Positions 1 through 12,004 of a DNA stretch of 34,459 nucleotides are shown here, in pieces. The DNA is from Octopus bimaculoides (Eukaryota). Each line of letters begins with the position of its first letter. Within the stretch, counting starts at the first letter, position 1. A program made the translations under genes and the position numbers. The notes beneath the pieces are model-generated. The model was given only the letters and a program-made list of their open reading frames with translations, did no database searches and had not been told where the DNA came from. The stretch is from assembly GCF_001194135.2 (NCBI RefSeq), contig NC_068981.1:169456897-169491355 (forward strand), read 5' to 3'.

Positions 1-264
1 GCGTTCTCGCTCGCCACTCGTCCCAAACAGTCGAGCAAAGTGCCGCTGAAAGGCCTCACACATTTTGCTTGGCTCGAGCAGTTCGCGCCCCTGTTCGTCC
101 ACCAGAGACCGAATGGTGGCTTTGTTGCCCTGTTGCGCCTCCGCTACCCGGGCCTCTCGCGCGGCTCCAACACCTTCGTTTCTTAGAGCACGCATCCTAG
201 CCCTGATAACGCACCCTTCGTGTTTGGCGTTGAAGTGTTGGTTTAGGGCCAACCTCGCCGCCAT
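1..264 (-). mobile_element. L1/Tx1-clade LINE ORF2 fragment (APE-RT linker), runs off the left window edge
   Basis: Manual translation of the minus strand gives 88 stop-free codons: MAARLALNQHFNAKHEGCVIRARMRALRNEGVGAAREARVAEAQQGNKATIRSLVDEQGRELLEPSKMCEAFQRHFARLFG..., matching the G-x-x-IR-x-R...EG...I-x-SL-x-D-x-x-G...F-x-x-x-F-x-x-L(F/Y) pattern of L1/Tx1 linkers. Visibly GC-rich versus the rest of the window. Confidence 0.75.
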
Positions 265-289
265 CCCAAGAATAGGACTGAATTATCAA

Positions 290-2138
290 TGAAAGAAATA
301 AAAATTATACTAGGAAGATTATAATATTTCATGAAGGTTAATATTGGACGAGGAAAGACTCACCAGACTGTTTCGATGTACCCATGGGCGCACAAGATTC
401 CGCAGAGGTAACCGATTTAATCGGGACTTACCTACTACACCAACTTAAAGAAGAATTCCCTAAATTGGAAGGTGGTCTTTACCGGGACGACACTCTGTAT
501 TTAGAAATACCTCCAACAGAAAACTTGAACTCTGCAAAAAAGGCTACACAATTTTTTTAAAAACCAAGGACTATCCATTACTATTGAAAAAGATAACTAT
601 GCGAACTTCCTAGACGTAAGCTTCAATCTTAATTCTTCCTCCAATCAGCCTTACCATAAACCTAACAACAATATCACATGCATAAACGCTTAAAGTAACC
701 ATCCTTAAAACACTATAGAAAACCTGACCACTAACATAGAAAGAAGAATTAATCTATTATCATCTAATGAAGAAATATTTAACGAACAGAAAGACTCTGA
801 TAACCTAGCACTTAAGAAGGCAGGATATAAATATAAAATTAAGTACAATAGAAAACGTTATCTTCAATAATAATAATACCAAACTTTATCTTGAAATAAA
901 TAACGTAGATAATATTAATGAACCTAAGTCACCTGAGGAATTAGTACACCCCGATAAACATATATAAAAAAATCTCTCAATGATAGTCATCTATATAACT
1001 TTAGCAAAGAACACGGAAATCACAACTATAATAAACATACTAATTAACTTAATCGATACACACACCATAACCATAACTCTACTAAAAGAAAAAATAGTAT
1101 AAATTTTAGCAATTCCCACTTTACTAAGTACACTAATACTAATACTAATACAGACAGCAAACACCAAAATACCAGATAAAAATAGGAATATTAAACCAAT
1201 AATCAGAACAAATTAAAATAGTCTAAATTCACCTAATTCCTTCAATAAAACACATAACTATGGAACTCAAGTTAATATTGATGGGTTTATAATAGCAAAA
1301 AAGAAACCAATACCTTGTGTGAGAATAGCTGACCCCACAAACATAACCCGTCATTCCAAGAAAGAAAATAGAAATAACACTACTTGGATCATAATACCTT
1401 TTGACAAACATCTAAAATCTAACTTTATTAGATCCATTAGAATGATGATTAATAAGAAATTTAAAAACTGTAAATATGCAAAAACATCTAATAATACAAA
1501 ATACTAAATTTGGATTTTCAGTCTCTCCTAGTCTCTTTAGGATAATTTCTTACAATAAGGAACGGGATCTATTCTATAGTAAAAACAAACTTCGTTAAAT
1601 ATACCTAGTACCTCCAATAATCCTATAATTAGCAATTACTATTATGCTGATAACCAGAACTCCATTATCCCTAATAAACATAGACATAACACCATAGTAC
1701 CACCCGAAAATTTAAATTGTAATGGTAGAGACACAAATGCCTGTGAAGTAGATAGAAATTGCAAAATGAAAGAAGTTGTTTACCAAGCGACTATTATTAC
1801 TCAGGAAACTTCTAAATATATATGCATTGGTTGGACGAAAATTTCATTTAAATCGAGAATTAATAACCATGAGTCTTCTTTTAGGGACCCTAGAAAAGAG
1901 AATAGCACAGGTCTATCTGAAGAAAATTGGCACCTCAAAAGAAGCAATATTGATTTCTCAATTTCTTCGAAAATCCTATCTTCTGCTCCCCCTCATAGAT
2001 ATAATAATAAAATTTGCAGGTTATGTTTAGAAGAAAGCTATAGCATAATGAGAATGAATGGAAATCTGGTTAACACTAGCGATGAAAGTGTTTGCATCAT
2101 CTAAACACGACCAAATTCCTTTTTATCAACCTTAAATA
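290..2138 (+). pseudogene. Decayed, 5'-truncated Penelope-like retroelement ORF (RT C-terminal half + GIY-YIG endonuclease); Naiad/Neptune-type by inference
   Basis: Manual translation across stops and frameshifts: FDVPMGAQDSAEVTDLIGTYLL...GLYRDD (~372-490); NFLDVSFNL..PYHKPNN..SNHP..ERRINLLSSNEEIFN..ALKKAGY (~605-850); RNNTTWIIIPF (1319-1507 ORF); NCN..C...NC then EVVYQAT..YICIG..FKSRINNH..SF..ICRLCLEE (1766-2104 ORF); frameshifted tail ending KFLFINLK* near 2138. Confidence 0.9.
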
Positions 2139-3547
2139 ATTGCTTAGATTTGTTTTTGGTGGTTTAAAAAAAAATATTTTTATTTCTTATCATTTTCAAT
2201 GGAATACAATTTCTAATCACAACCACTTTACATCACAATATCTTGATATATATATTTTCCCTTTGTATGTGCGTGTGTATGTGCGTGTGAGTGTGTGTGT
2301 GTGTATGTGTGCGTGTGTATGCTTTAACACTCGACAAATTTCCGATGCAATAAATATGCCTGAAATCGACTTTGGGCTGCAGGTAACCGATTTTTCTACA
2401 TTAATTTCTTCGTATGATAAAATAGAACATGCAGTTCCTCGCAGTATTTTCTGCTACCCACTTGACTTTTTAGAAGGGGCAGGGAGTTTTTCGAATATTG
2501 CATCTAAGCGGCCAATTTGGTTTAGGGCTTTTCTAATAAAATAGGATGATGTGAACAACAGGAATTTCATTAACCATAATCGTTCTTGATCATAGTTGTC
2601 ACATAGCTGTTCAAAAGAACATCAGCAATAACCACTGAACACCACTACCACCACGGCTAATAACAGTAATACCATGCCCCTCACCGACATCAGCAGCAAA
2701 GCACCGCGCCACACCAATAATGAATTTGGGATTTGTTTTATCTTTAGTAAGATCGGTAAAATAAAACGAAGGAAATAGTTGCTACGAATCATATATAGCT
2801 GTACATAGCGTCATAGTTTCAGTGGCTGAGTATTGCTTAGCATGATACTTAGATTAGAGTCGGCCTCACACTGTGTAAAAAGCCTGACAATGTGAATTAT
2901 AGGTAAATTCCAACAAACAATTTTCACACTGTTACAAACTACTTAATGACCCGCGACTAGAGCATAAAATACACGTCCACACTACCATGTATATGCAATG
3001 AATGTGACCTCAAAATCTCGTAACGTCTGTGTACGCCTAGTTTCTGACTATCGTTAAGTAGTCAACGAAACTAATCAAACACTGATTAGTTTAGGTAGAA
3101 AATTAAGAAATTTAATGTTTGGCTAGCATCTATTTCAATTTATGCGCAAGTTTGTAAATGCTGTTAAATGAATAATTTAGTTTTATCGTTGAAATATATT
3201 TTATTAACGCTTAACTAACGTCAACTACGCACTAAAGGTTACAATTCCCGCTACAATATCACTGATACATTGTATGCAAAGCCAGTTATATTCTCATTAT
3301 TAAAGAAACCATTGATACTACATGTCACTATATTCAGCATTAGTTGAAGTTATCGTCGAACATAAATCACAATATTCAAAATTAATGTGAGGTATGTTAC
3401 AATAAAAGATCAACCAGTTAATCAGCACTAAACTTTCATTCCAGAGTTTCCGAATATCTCTGAAATCTTCGTCAGCTGCATTTAAAGTCATTCTCAAAGC
3501 CAAAATGATTAATGTTTTCATTTATCGAAGGTACGTGTTCTGGTACT

Positions 3548-3720
3548 TGTGGCGAGGTGTGTTCGGCTCATAATCATAATGTCATGAGTTCAACTCCCAG
3601 ACAAGACGGTTGTTGCCTTGAGAAGGGCAATTTATTTCACATTGCTGCTGACGATTCATCTGTAAGTTGTATCAGCCGGATGACAGCGTAGTACTCTCAC
3701 CTATCCCCAACCCGCTAGCT
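3548..3720 (+). mobile_element. Degenerate SINE-B copy
   Basis: CTCATAATCATAATGTCATGAGTTCAACTCC..GCCTTGAGAAGG aligns loosely with 5475-5550. Confidence 0.5.
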
Positions 3721-4479
3721 ATAAGACCATAAATGTTCTGTTAGGTTAAGAGTGAGTGGAACGAGAGATCTATGTTTGCTCGCGTCTAAATAAGCTCCTA
3801 ATGCAATTAGCGAATGTACGGTGCATATTACAATGTCATACTCGACGAGAGTGACGACTGGCTGTACAGATCATAAGCTTGCTTTTAGAACGTATTTAAA
3901 AATAAATTTATAAAAGTTTTCAAGCCACTTTCAAAAATACTAATATTAGAAGGGAAGGGAAATATTCCAGACTGTGCACCTTGGTTATCGATTGCTTATT
4001 TCTACACCAACGTGCTCAGTATTACTTTTAGAAATGATTTATTATGATCCAAATTCATTACTGAATTTCATTACTGAAAAATAATAGGAGTGGCATTCAC
4101 TCCAGCTTAGCAAACAGGAGAAATTTCTGAAACTGTTAAAACGTAGAATACAAACCGGGTTGCATACATTGCTCACCGTAAGTTCTAATCATTGGTTTTA
4201 AGATTTGGTGAGTTTAATACAGATTTCTAAAAATCGAATAATAATAATAGAGAAAAACGATTTTGTGAAAAGTTATGATCAATCATCGGTTATATTTACC
4301 TACTTCATTTTCTGAAGGATATTTTTTATAGACGCAGGAAGGGTAAAAAAAATGTAGTAAACTTCAGTGGGATATGAACTCAGAATAAAATAGGATGGAA
4401 GAAAAAGGTTCGACGCTTTTAAGGGTCCACCAATATCTCTTCTGCGTTACCTTTAATAATGGTTTTAAATGTTGTCATA

Positions 4480-4882
4480 AGGTTAGCACTTTTGGGGAAG
4501 CGGGTAAAGTCGATTATACAGAAATCTAGTGTTCAATTGGTATTTACTCTCTTGACTCCTAAAAGATGAAAGGCACAGTCGCCCTCGTTGTAATTTGAGC
4601 TCAGAACATTAAGACGGACGAAATGCTGCGAAGCACTTTTCTCTACTCGCCACTTTCCCGATACCTGTAATCTTTAATGACGGTTTGTAAGATAGGCACA
4701 ATTGTATACATTTAACGGAGCTGTGGTAAAATAATTGGCTCTATAGTCTGCAATACTTTACTCATGCTTGAAAGGATGAAAACTTAAGTCGATTTCGAGA
4801 AGATTTGAATGCAGAGCATAAAGTTACATGAGTGAATAACGTGGTTTCTTTCTTCCAATACTCTACCGATCTTGCTAATCTG
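4480..4882 (-). mobile_element. Two tandem degenerate SINE-A copies (~4480-4655, ~4690-4882)
   Basis: Reverse complements of GTTCTGAG.TCAAATT..GAGG.CGACT.TGCCTTTCATC motifs at 4560-4610 and 4770-4820. Confidence 0.6.
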
Positions 4883-5445
4883 AATCTTGCAAAATCTTTA
4901 ATAATAATTTCTTACATAGGTACAAAGACACAAACGCAGGGAAGTAGATTTGTTGGTTATAGTAGGGTATGGTAGGATCTTTGCAGCTTCAGACACACTA
5001 CTTTGCGGCTTATAAACGCGACTCTTTATCTTCCGACTTCAAATCTCACAGAGGTTAGTTTTGCATTGCACTTTCCAGAGTGGACTGATACTTTATTTTA
5101 TCGACCCTGAAAAAGTGCAAAACAAAGTCTGACGCACTAAAAGTCCTCCCATATCCTACTTTCCGGTGATATCTTTAATAATTATTTCTGATTCAGGCAT
5201 AAATTTTCAGAGTGAAAGCGCAGTATAAGCAGATTTGTTTTCCTCTATATATCCTGCATTTCAAATTGCCTATTTGGCGTAATAGTCAAACAAAAACATC
5301 TTGATAAATGTCATTGTAATAATATGCATCAAATGTGCGTGACCTGCTGTTGTTTGGCTGACAATTAGAATAAAAGAAAAAAGGTTCAATTCCAGGTACT
5401 CTTTAACTAATAACCTCATTGAACGTTGTTCTGTTGCAATCACCA

Positions 5446-5640
5446 GTGGAGGTGCGTGGTTTAGTGGTTAAGGATGTTGCGCTCATGATCCCAAGATTGT
5501 AGTTTCGATTCGTAGACCTAGCGATGCATTGTCTTGTTGAGCAAAGGGCTTCATTGTTCCAGTCAACTCAGCTGCCAAAAATGGGTAATCCTGCGACAGT
5601 CCGGTACCCCGCCTTGAAGATGAATATATATATAGGTCAC
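5446..5640 (+). mobile_element. tRNA-derived SINE family B copy
   Basis: A-box TAGTGGTTAAG, B-box GTTTCGATTC, then TTGAGCAA..AATGGGTAATCCTGCGA. The head is homologous to the reverse complement of 31995-32091. Confidence 0.75.
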
Positions 5641-6792
5641 AGGGTCCAGGAAAGGGGCCTTTTGATCCTATGGCACTGGAAGTATCTTTGATGCTAATCG
5701 AAACAATTTAGCGTCCGTGTGCTAGTGTAGTGTTCTCTCCTTCCAACTGTTATCTGTCATAGATGTTCTGCAAGATCAAAAGTGGGATGACGAAAAGAAT
5801 GGCAATGTCTACTCGTGACAACGTAATCATCTAAAACCATTGGAGGAGGCATGGTATATATTAAGCCATATTCGCGTACGAGTAACGGCTGTCTGTATTG
5901 CCTTCTTTGTATCAAACGCAGTTTCCAGTGCATAGTCAGAAAAAAATGTTTTACGAGATGTCTGATGAATGCAGCTTGTTGTTCTATCCAGTTCCTTATT
6001 TGTTATTCCTATTATAGAAATACAAATGAAGAAATTAATAAACAGCTGTGTTATCACAGTCTGTTCTCCATCCCTCCTAACCCTCTTTTGACTCTATAAA
6101 CTCTATCGCCTCCATCTCTGCTTTATTTCTTTTTCTACATTACACACATTTTCAAGATTAATCTCCTTATCTCGAAGCTTCTAAAACAGCTATCTATCCT
6201 TTTTCTTTTTTGTTTATCAGAGCACACACACCTGGCCAATATTCAGAAAAATATAAAATCCATTCAATTAACATACCAATTTTTTTTTCCATATTTTCTT
6301 ACATCTTCTACAGTTATGGAAAGAAAGAGAATCGATAGATTCAAACAGTGCAAGTTGGTCACCTCTTCGTCTTCATCTCTCTCACATTTTCTTTCCTAAG
6401 GTGGAAGAACATGCAACATTTTCGATATTAATAATGTGAAACTACACCAAATCTTGTTTTAAGCAGCAGCGGCAGTCTTGTGTTTTATTTCATATCGCTG
6501 GCGATCTTTCCAATGTGTTCTTCAGGTCATAAACCCATCTTATTTGCCCACTTTAAGTAAACCATATTCACATCTAAACTACTTTAGCCTTTCTAATACA
6601 AAATAATAACCACAAAGTTATAAATAAAAAGAGTGAGAAAACATAGAAAAAAAGAACAGGAAAACAAAGGAACCATTGTATTTTAAAATTCTTGCGATAC
6701 ATTTCTACATTTTTATGAATTTTGTTTCCCTTTTGTTCCTAGGTTATTCTCACTGTTCTCCTCCTCCTCCACCCCATTTCTATTTCGTCTTT

Positions 6793-6870
6793 TTCTTCTT
6801 CTTCTTCTTCTTCTTCTTCTTCTTCTTCTTCTTCTTCTTCTTCTTCTTCTTCTTCTTCTTCTTCTTCTTC
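6793..6870. repeat. (CTT)n microsatellite
   Basis: Direct reading; source of the poly-F/E/K ORFs. Confidence 0.98.
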
Positions 6871-7304
6871 ACTTCTACACTGTCTTTTACACACAAATGC
6901 ACATAAGCGAGACCTGCATGCACATATACATACACATACGCGCCCACATACACACACACAATAACACGTTCACGCATCCACTCAATTCAAAACAAAAACA
7001 AAAACAAAACAAAAAGGAAAATAACAAAAACATCTCTCTTTCCATTTCCATCTAAATATCCATTTTGTCAGGAACTACAATTAACATTCACTTCTTTTCT
7101 CACATATCTATTCCATTTTCAATCTCCGCCTTAAAACCCAATTGCTTCAAGGATTTCTTCCGTCTAGAATGGGAATTTTGACATTGAATTCTCTGAGAGA
7201 GAAAAAAATATGGGAGCGGGAGAGACACAGTGAGAGTAGGGAGTAAGTAGGTGTGAGAAAGAGGGTGAGGGGAGAGAGAGGGGGAGAGAGAAAGTGAGTG
7301 AGAA

Positions 7305-7305
<1 letters not shown>

Positions 7306-7357
<52 letters not shown>

Positions 7358-7489
7358 AAAAAAAGGTAGTGAACGAAAGACAACACACGCTATGTAGATA
7401 GAGAAATTGATGAAAATACAGGGAAATAGACAGATAAATACATGCAAAAGTATATACATATATACATATATATAGGTATACATGTGTGT

Positions 7490-7526
<37 letters not shown>

Positions 7527-7568
7527 CAAACACACACACACATATATATATGTCTGTATTTCTGTGGC

Positions 7569-7622
<54 letters not shown>

Positions 7623-7920
7623 AAGGGAAAGAAAGACAAAGAGAATCAGATGTGTCCTGCGAACACCAATTATGTCAAAAGCAATAGCTCTTGATCCATA
7701 TGTTGCGAAAATAAAAATAAAAATAAAACGTTCTTTGAGAGCTTTCCTGCCAATTTTAAAACTGCACTCATTTCACAGTTCTGCTATTCGCTTCACAACT
7801 ATCTTATAATTTCTTCATTCGATTAGAGTTATCTATTTGAAATGTTTAAGATTGGTTTTCCTCATTCATAGCTAATGAAAATAGCATATACACGCAATTA
7901 TCTTTGTCTCTCTTTCATTG

Positions 7921-7965
<45 letters not shown>

Positions 7966-8170
7966 CTGTGTGTGCGTTTACGTGCGCGTGTATATGCGCA
8001 TGTAGGTGTGTATATGCATGATATATATATATATATATATATACAGACTGTATCAATATCACATATATTTCAATATATGTGTCCATATCTATCTGTGTAT
8101 CTATATACATACTCACATACATATATATTCATATAGATATACATATATATGCATATACATATTTATATGT
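7306..8170. repeat. Compound (GA)n/(CA)n/(TA)n/(GT)n microsatellite cluster
   Basis: Runs at ~7306-7352, 7490-7550, 7574-7618, 7918-7982 and 8018-8043. Confidence 0.95.
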
Positions 8171-8559
8171 GTGCGTTGGGCGGTTTTGCGTGTGTTTGGT
8201 ATGTAAAACCATTTTAATCAAATTATATTTCTAATACTATATAGGTCTCAGATAAATCTCGTTCTCGATGTTGCTCCGGATTGTAAATTATGTTATTATT
8301 TTCATTTCACACAAAGCTAAAATTTTATTTTCAATTCGAATGCTATCGTGGTTTCCATAACGAACTCTCTTTTGCTCATTGAAAACATGAAGGGAGATAC
8401 TGTAAGTTTCCGACATCGGCCGTATATCGCCGAATATTGCGTCACAGTGTATTGGTGTGTAGTAGTTTCACGTACTTCACTGAATATGGCTAAACCATTG
8501 AATTCATCACCGAATTGATCCTCGGTCAATGAAACTAATACATATCCGGAAAGTAAAAC

Positions 8560-9173
8560 AAATACTGCGTTTACAAAAAGCTATGGTCACCCAATTGTAT
8601 GAAATTAAAAGCGAACCTTGAAGAAATCCAGAGAAGGTTCACAAAGAAGATCGTTTGTTTCCAACTGCTCAGCTATTGGGAAAGGCTGAAACAACCAAGA
8701 CTCTACTCCTTAGAGAGAAGGAGGGAGAGGTATGCAGTAATATACATCTGGAAGGTCCTGGAAATAATTGTGCTAAATTTTGGCATTGAAAGCTACACCA
8801 ATGCCACTACGAGTGGACCCTGCATATTAGCAAATATTCCAGCAATGCCATCGCTCTTCAGGACCAGTTACTGCAACAGCCTGGGTTTCAGGGGCCCACA
8901 GTTTTTTAATATGAGTATATTAAAAAACTGTGGGCCTCTGAAACACAAAGAGCCTGAGGAACCTGTACAAAGTAGATGTAAGCGTTTTTAAATCAAGGCT
9001 GGACCTCTTCCTGTTGAGAGTCCAAGATGAACCTACCTCACTGCAAGAGGTGCAAATTAGGGTAGCTACATCAAACTCCATTCTTCACCAAGAGCCACAT
9101 GTTATACGAGGCTGTCAGTAATAAGAGTGTAGCAAAACGGCTGTGCTCCAGCATGGCCACAGATCTGACCTGA

Positions 9174-9176
<3 letters not shown>
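8560..9176 (+). mobile_element. CR1-group LINE 3' end (ORF2 C-terminus + 3' tail), 5'-truncated
   Basis: ORF 8599-8991 has WSP..LE.IQRRFTKKI..SYWERLK..LYSLERRRERY..IYIWKVLE. After a frameshift at an internal hairpin it continues KSLRNL..VFKSRLDLFL.RVQDEP. Ends CTCCAGCATGGCCACAG..TGAAAC directly into (TA)n. Confidence 0.85.
8885..8944. repeat. 28-bp inverted repeat with 4-nt loop inside the LINE fragment
   Basis: 8885-8912 pairs with 8917-8944 with a single G-T pair. Confidence 0.95.
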
Positions 9177-9229
<53 letters not shown>

Positions 9230-9420
9230 TATATATTTATAATACATATCTATAATATGCATATATAATATATATACTATATATATATACATATATATAT
9301 ATAAATATTATGCATATATGTAGACACACACATACAAACATATATATATTATATGCATATATAATATATATATACTATATATAATACGCATACACACACA
9401 TATATAAGTATACATGGATA
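9177..9420. repeat. (TA)n and degenerate TA/CA tract
   Basis: Direct reading; begins immediately at the LINE 3' end. Confidence 0.95.
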
Positions 9421-9490
9421 TATGAGTACACGACGTCACCAACAGTAAACTACATTAAATACGAAAACAAATGAATTCAACGCAAACAAC

Positions 9491-9932
9491 GAGTGGCTTA
9501 TATGCCTCGCCATTACACTATTTTCCTTAGTCATTGCACGATGAACGCCATAAGCTTTAAGCTTACTTAAAAATGCCATTATTATTATTCACAGGAATGT
9601 AAAATACGGTACCGTATAACAAAACCATTCGCACCGTAACATAAGTAGGAAGTTTGTTTACATAAAGTCAAATACGAACTAATATAGTTCTTAAACTTGA
9701 CAAAAAAGCGAGCTGCTGGTACGCTGGTGTAAAGGTAACACACTTTGTCGCGTTATGAAAAGGATGTCGGTTCGTAGTCACCTAACAAACAGATGTACGT
9801 TCGAGTCCCATGCGGATAGAAAAGCCTGTTTTTTTTTTTCTGTTGAGGGGTTTATATGCCCCGTTATTAGACTAATTTCCATAGTCATTGCACGGTGATC
9901 GCCATAAGCTTTAAGCTTATATGAAAATACTA
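9491..9932 (+). repeat. Two ~88-bp diverged direct repeats (9491-9578, 9845-9932), period 354 bp
   Basis: Shared TTATATGCC..TAGTCATTGCACG.TGA.CGCCATAAGCTTTAAGCTTA; both anchor motifs are offset by 354. Confidence 0.85.
9718..9839 (+). pseudogene. tRNA-like pseudogene / Pol III-type unit with T11 terminator
   Basis: A-box TGGTGTAAAGG (9725-9735), perfect D-stem GTGT/ACAC, B-box GTTCGAGTCC (9799-9808), partial acceptor pairing CGC/GCG, T11 at 9829-9839. Anticodon and T stems are broken. Confidence 0.45.
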
Positions 9933-11689
9933 TATATATATATATATACATAAGTATTTTATATAAAGTACTGGGTCGCTTTCTTCGACAGCTCTAATGA
10001 TCGTTAATTCTCAATGTTAATTGTACACCACAGAAATATACCTTTAATAAATTCTGCTATGGTTTACAATGATATGATTATTCGTAGATTGGAACATATA
10101 GCTATATATATATATATATGATGTGTTTTTATTGTGCGCGCGTATGTGTGTGTGTGTGAGTGCAGCACTTGCGCGCGTGCGAGTGTTTGAATATGCGTAG
10201 ATTTTATATTTGCAAGGATAAAAATGGAGTGAAAGCACGTGTAGTTGTATGTCCAGATATGTGTATATGTAAATATCATATTCACAGACACATATATACT
10301 TATACCTTTTATAAAAATATGCGCTTATAGGTGTGTGTGTGTGAGTGCATGTGTATGTGTGTGTATATGTCTGTACATACACACGCACGCACCCATATAT
10401 AATACATAAGTATACATATATATGTTTACATATACTCATTTCAGCATACGTAACCAAACGCGTCTACACAAACATATACCCACGTACATACACACGTAGA
10501 GATATACACAAATACATACATGCATATATATATATATACATCGCACATAATATTGTGAAAATACACAAAAATATATATAAATAAAGAATCAATGGTATAT
10601 CAATTACGTATGGAAAGATTGATTAATATAGTAATCTCATAAATTTGAAAGGGTTGTAGAGGTAACTTTAATTAATGTTCTCTTATATTTTCTAGTGTTC
10701 TGATAGAATATCAGATGCTATTGTATTTCCCATAGGGTCAGTCATCGCTACTCCCTACAATCTTAACTGCAGTTAGGAAACAGTCGACCAGTAACATTTC
10801 TAAAACTATTTGATGTCTATATCTGTTACAGAAATCAATGCTCGTAAGGTCTCTTAGTTTTCCTTTTCCATTATTACCATTCAACAATTTCATATTATCT
10901 TGGGACACGAACGTACAGAAGCATACACGTATAAATTTTCGCCAGGCATAGCAGTGTGGTTAAGACGTTTAGCTCGCAACCATGTGGTTTCCGATTCAGT
11001 CTCTCTGCACCACTGCATGATATCTTACGCATGTGTCTAGTTGGTTTGCTTGTAGGTAATAGATGACGAAAATACTGAATTCGCTTTAGTTGATGTTGCT
11101 TAACCACCATGCTAGGCCTACCATCAAAAGCATTGTAATAGTGATTATCACGTTTTATTCCTCGTTCAAGTGCACACGTTATCCAATGAGTTAGTCTTTT
11201 CTAAGACGATATGGCGGGATCTTAAAAATACTTGGTTGCTATTTCTAACACGACAAGAGATCCACGTTAAGAACTTCTCGATATTATTCATCATTATATA
11301 TTTTCAGCTGATACCGTCCATTTGACTTAAATATCTCCAATAAAACTTAACTAGAATAACAGTAATAAAACAAATGTGTAGGATATGCAAGCTAATCTAG
11401 GTGGAAATAGAAACCAAATTTCCCTCAAATTACATCTCGAGATATACCTCGAGATCTGAAAAATTCAGTTGACTGTAATATTCGTTGTACTGAATCTAAA
11501 TAAATCTTAATAAAAAGGAGCATTTTAAATGATTTATGCTCACAAGGAGATGATAAAATGTTATCGGCCCTTATGAACTGAGCTTAGAAAATATCTGATA
11601 ACATTAAAAATATAAAAAAGCATTCATGGAATTTACGGTGTATTCATGTATGCATTGCTTTCAGAAATGAAATGATTACATGGGAAATT

Positions 11690-11850
11690 TATGCACCCCT
11701 TTTGAAGCCTAGCCAGGCTCATGGGCCCGGTTTCTCGGTTTCTATGGCGTATGTGTTCCCCCAGCTGGACGGAACGCCAGTCCATCGCCGTGTTACTCAA
11801 GAAACAGTGAAAGAAAGTTGGGTCGAAAGAGTACAACACTGTTCGCCACC
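11690..11850 (-). mobile_element. SINE-B 3' half
   Basis: Minus strand GTAACACGGCGATGGACTGGCGTTCCGTCCAG..GAAACCGGGCCCATGAGCC overlaps the motif at 5584-5612 and resembles 33490-33512. Confidence 0.6.
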
Positions 11851-12004
11851 CCACACCCCTGCTGGAGCCTCGTGTCATTGCGCCTCCTTTTGTCGCTGTT
11901 TGCGATCTTATGAATGGCATGCCCTCTCTCTTCACGGTCTACCGTAGCATTAATTCGGCAAACTGCAGCTGCAAATTTGTGATCGTTTTATAATAATGAG
12001 TATT

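Noticed and set aside
2140-2544. 134-aa ORF downstream of the PLE
   Set aside because: GTG/TTG-type start, spans a (GT)n repeat, no motif.
6676-8206. Homopolymer/dipeptide ORFs (poly-F/E/K, SL, CV, YI, TH); likewise 18457-20310, 25390-25894, 29315-30625, 32321-32658
   Set aside because: Translations of microsatellites; no coding signal.
8317-8529. 70-aa ORF / possible exon with GTAAGT at ~8402
   Set aside because: No open frame between the candidate acceptor and donor; no recognisable homology.
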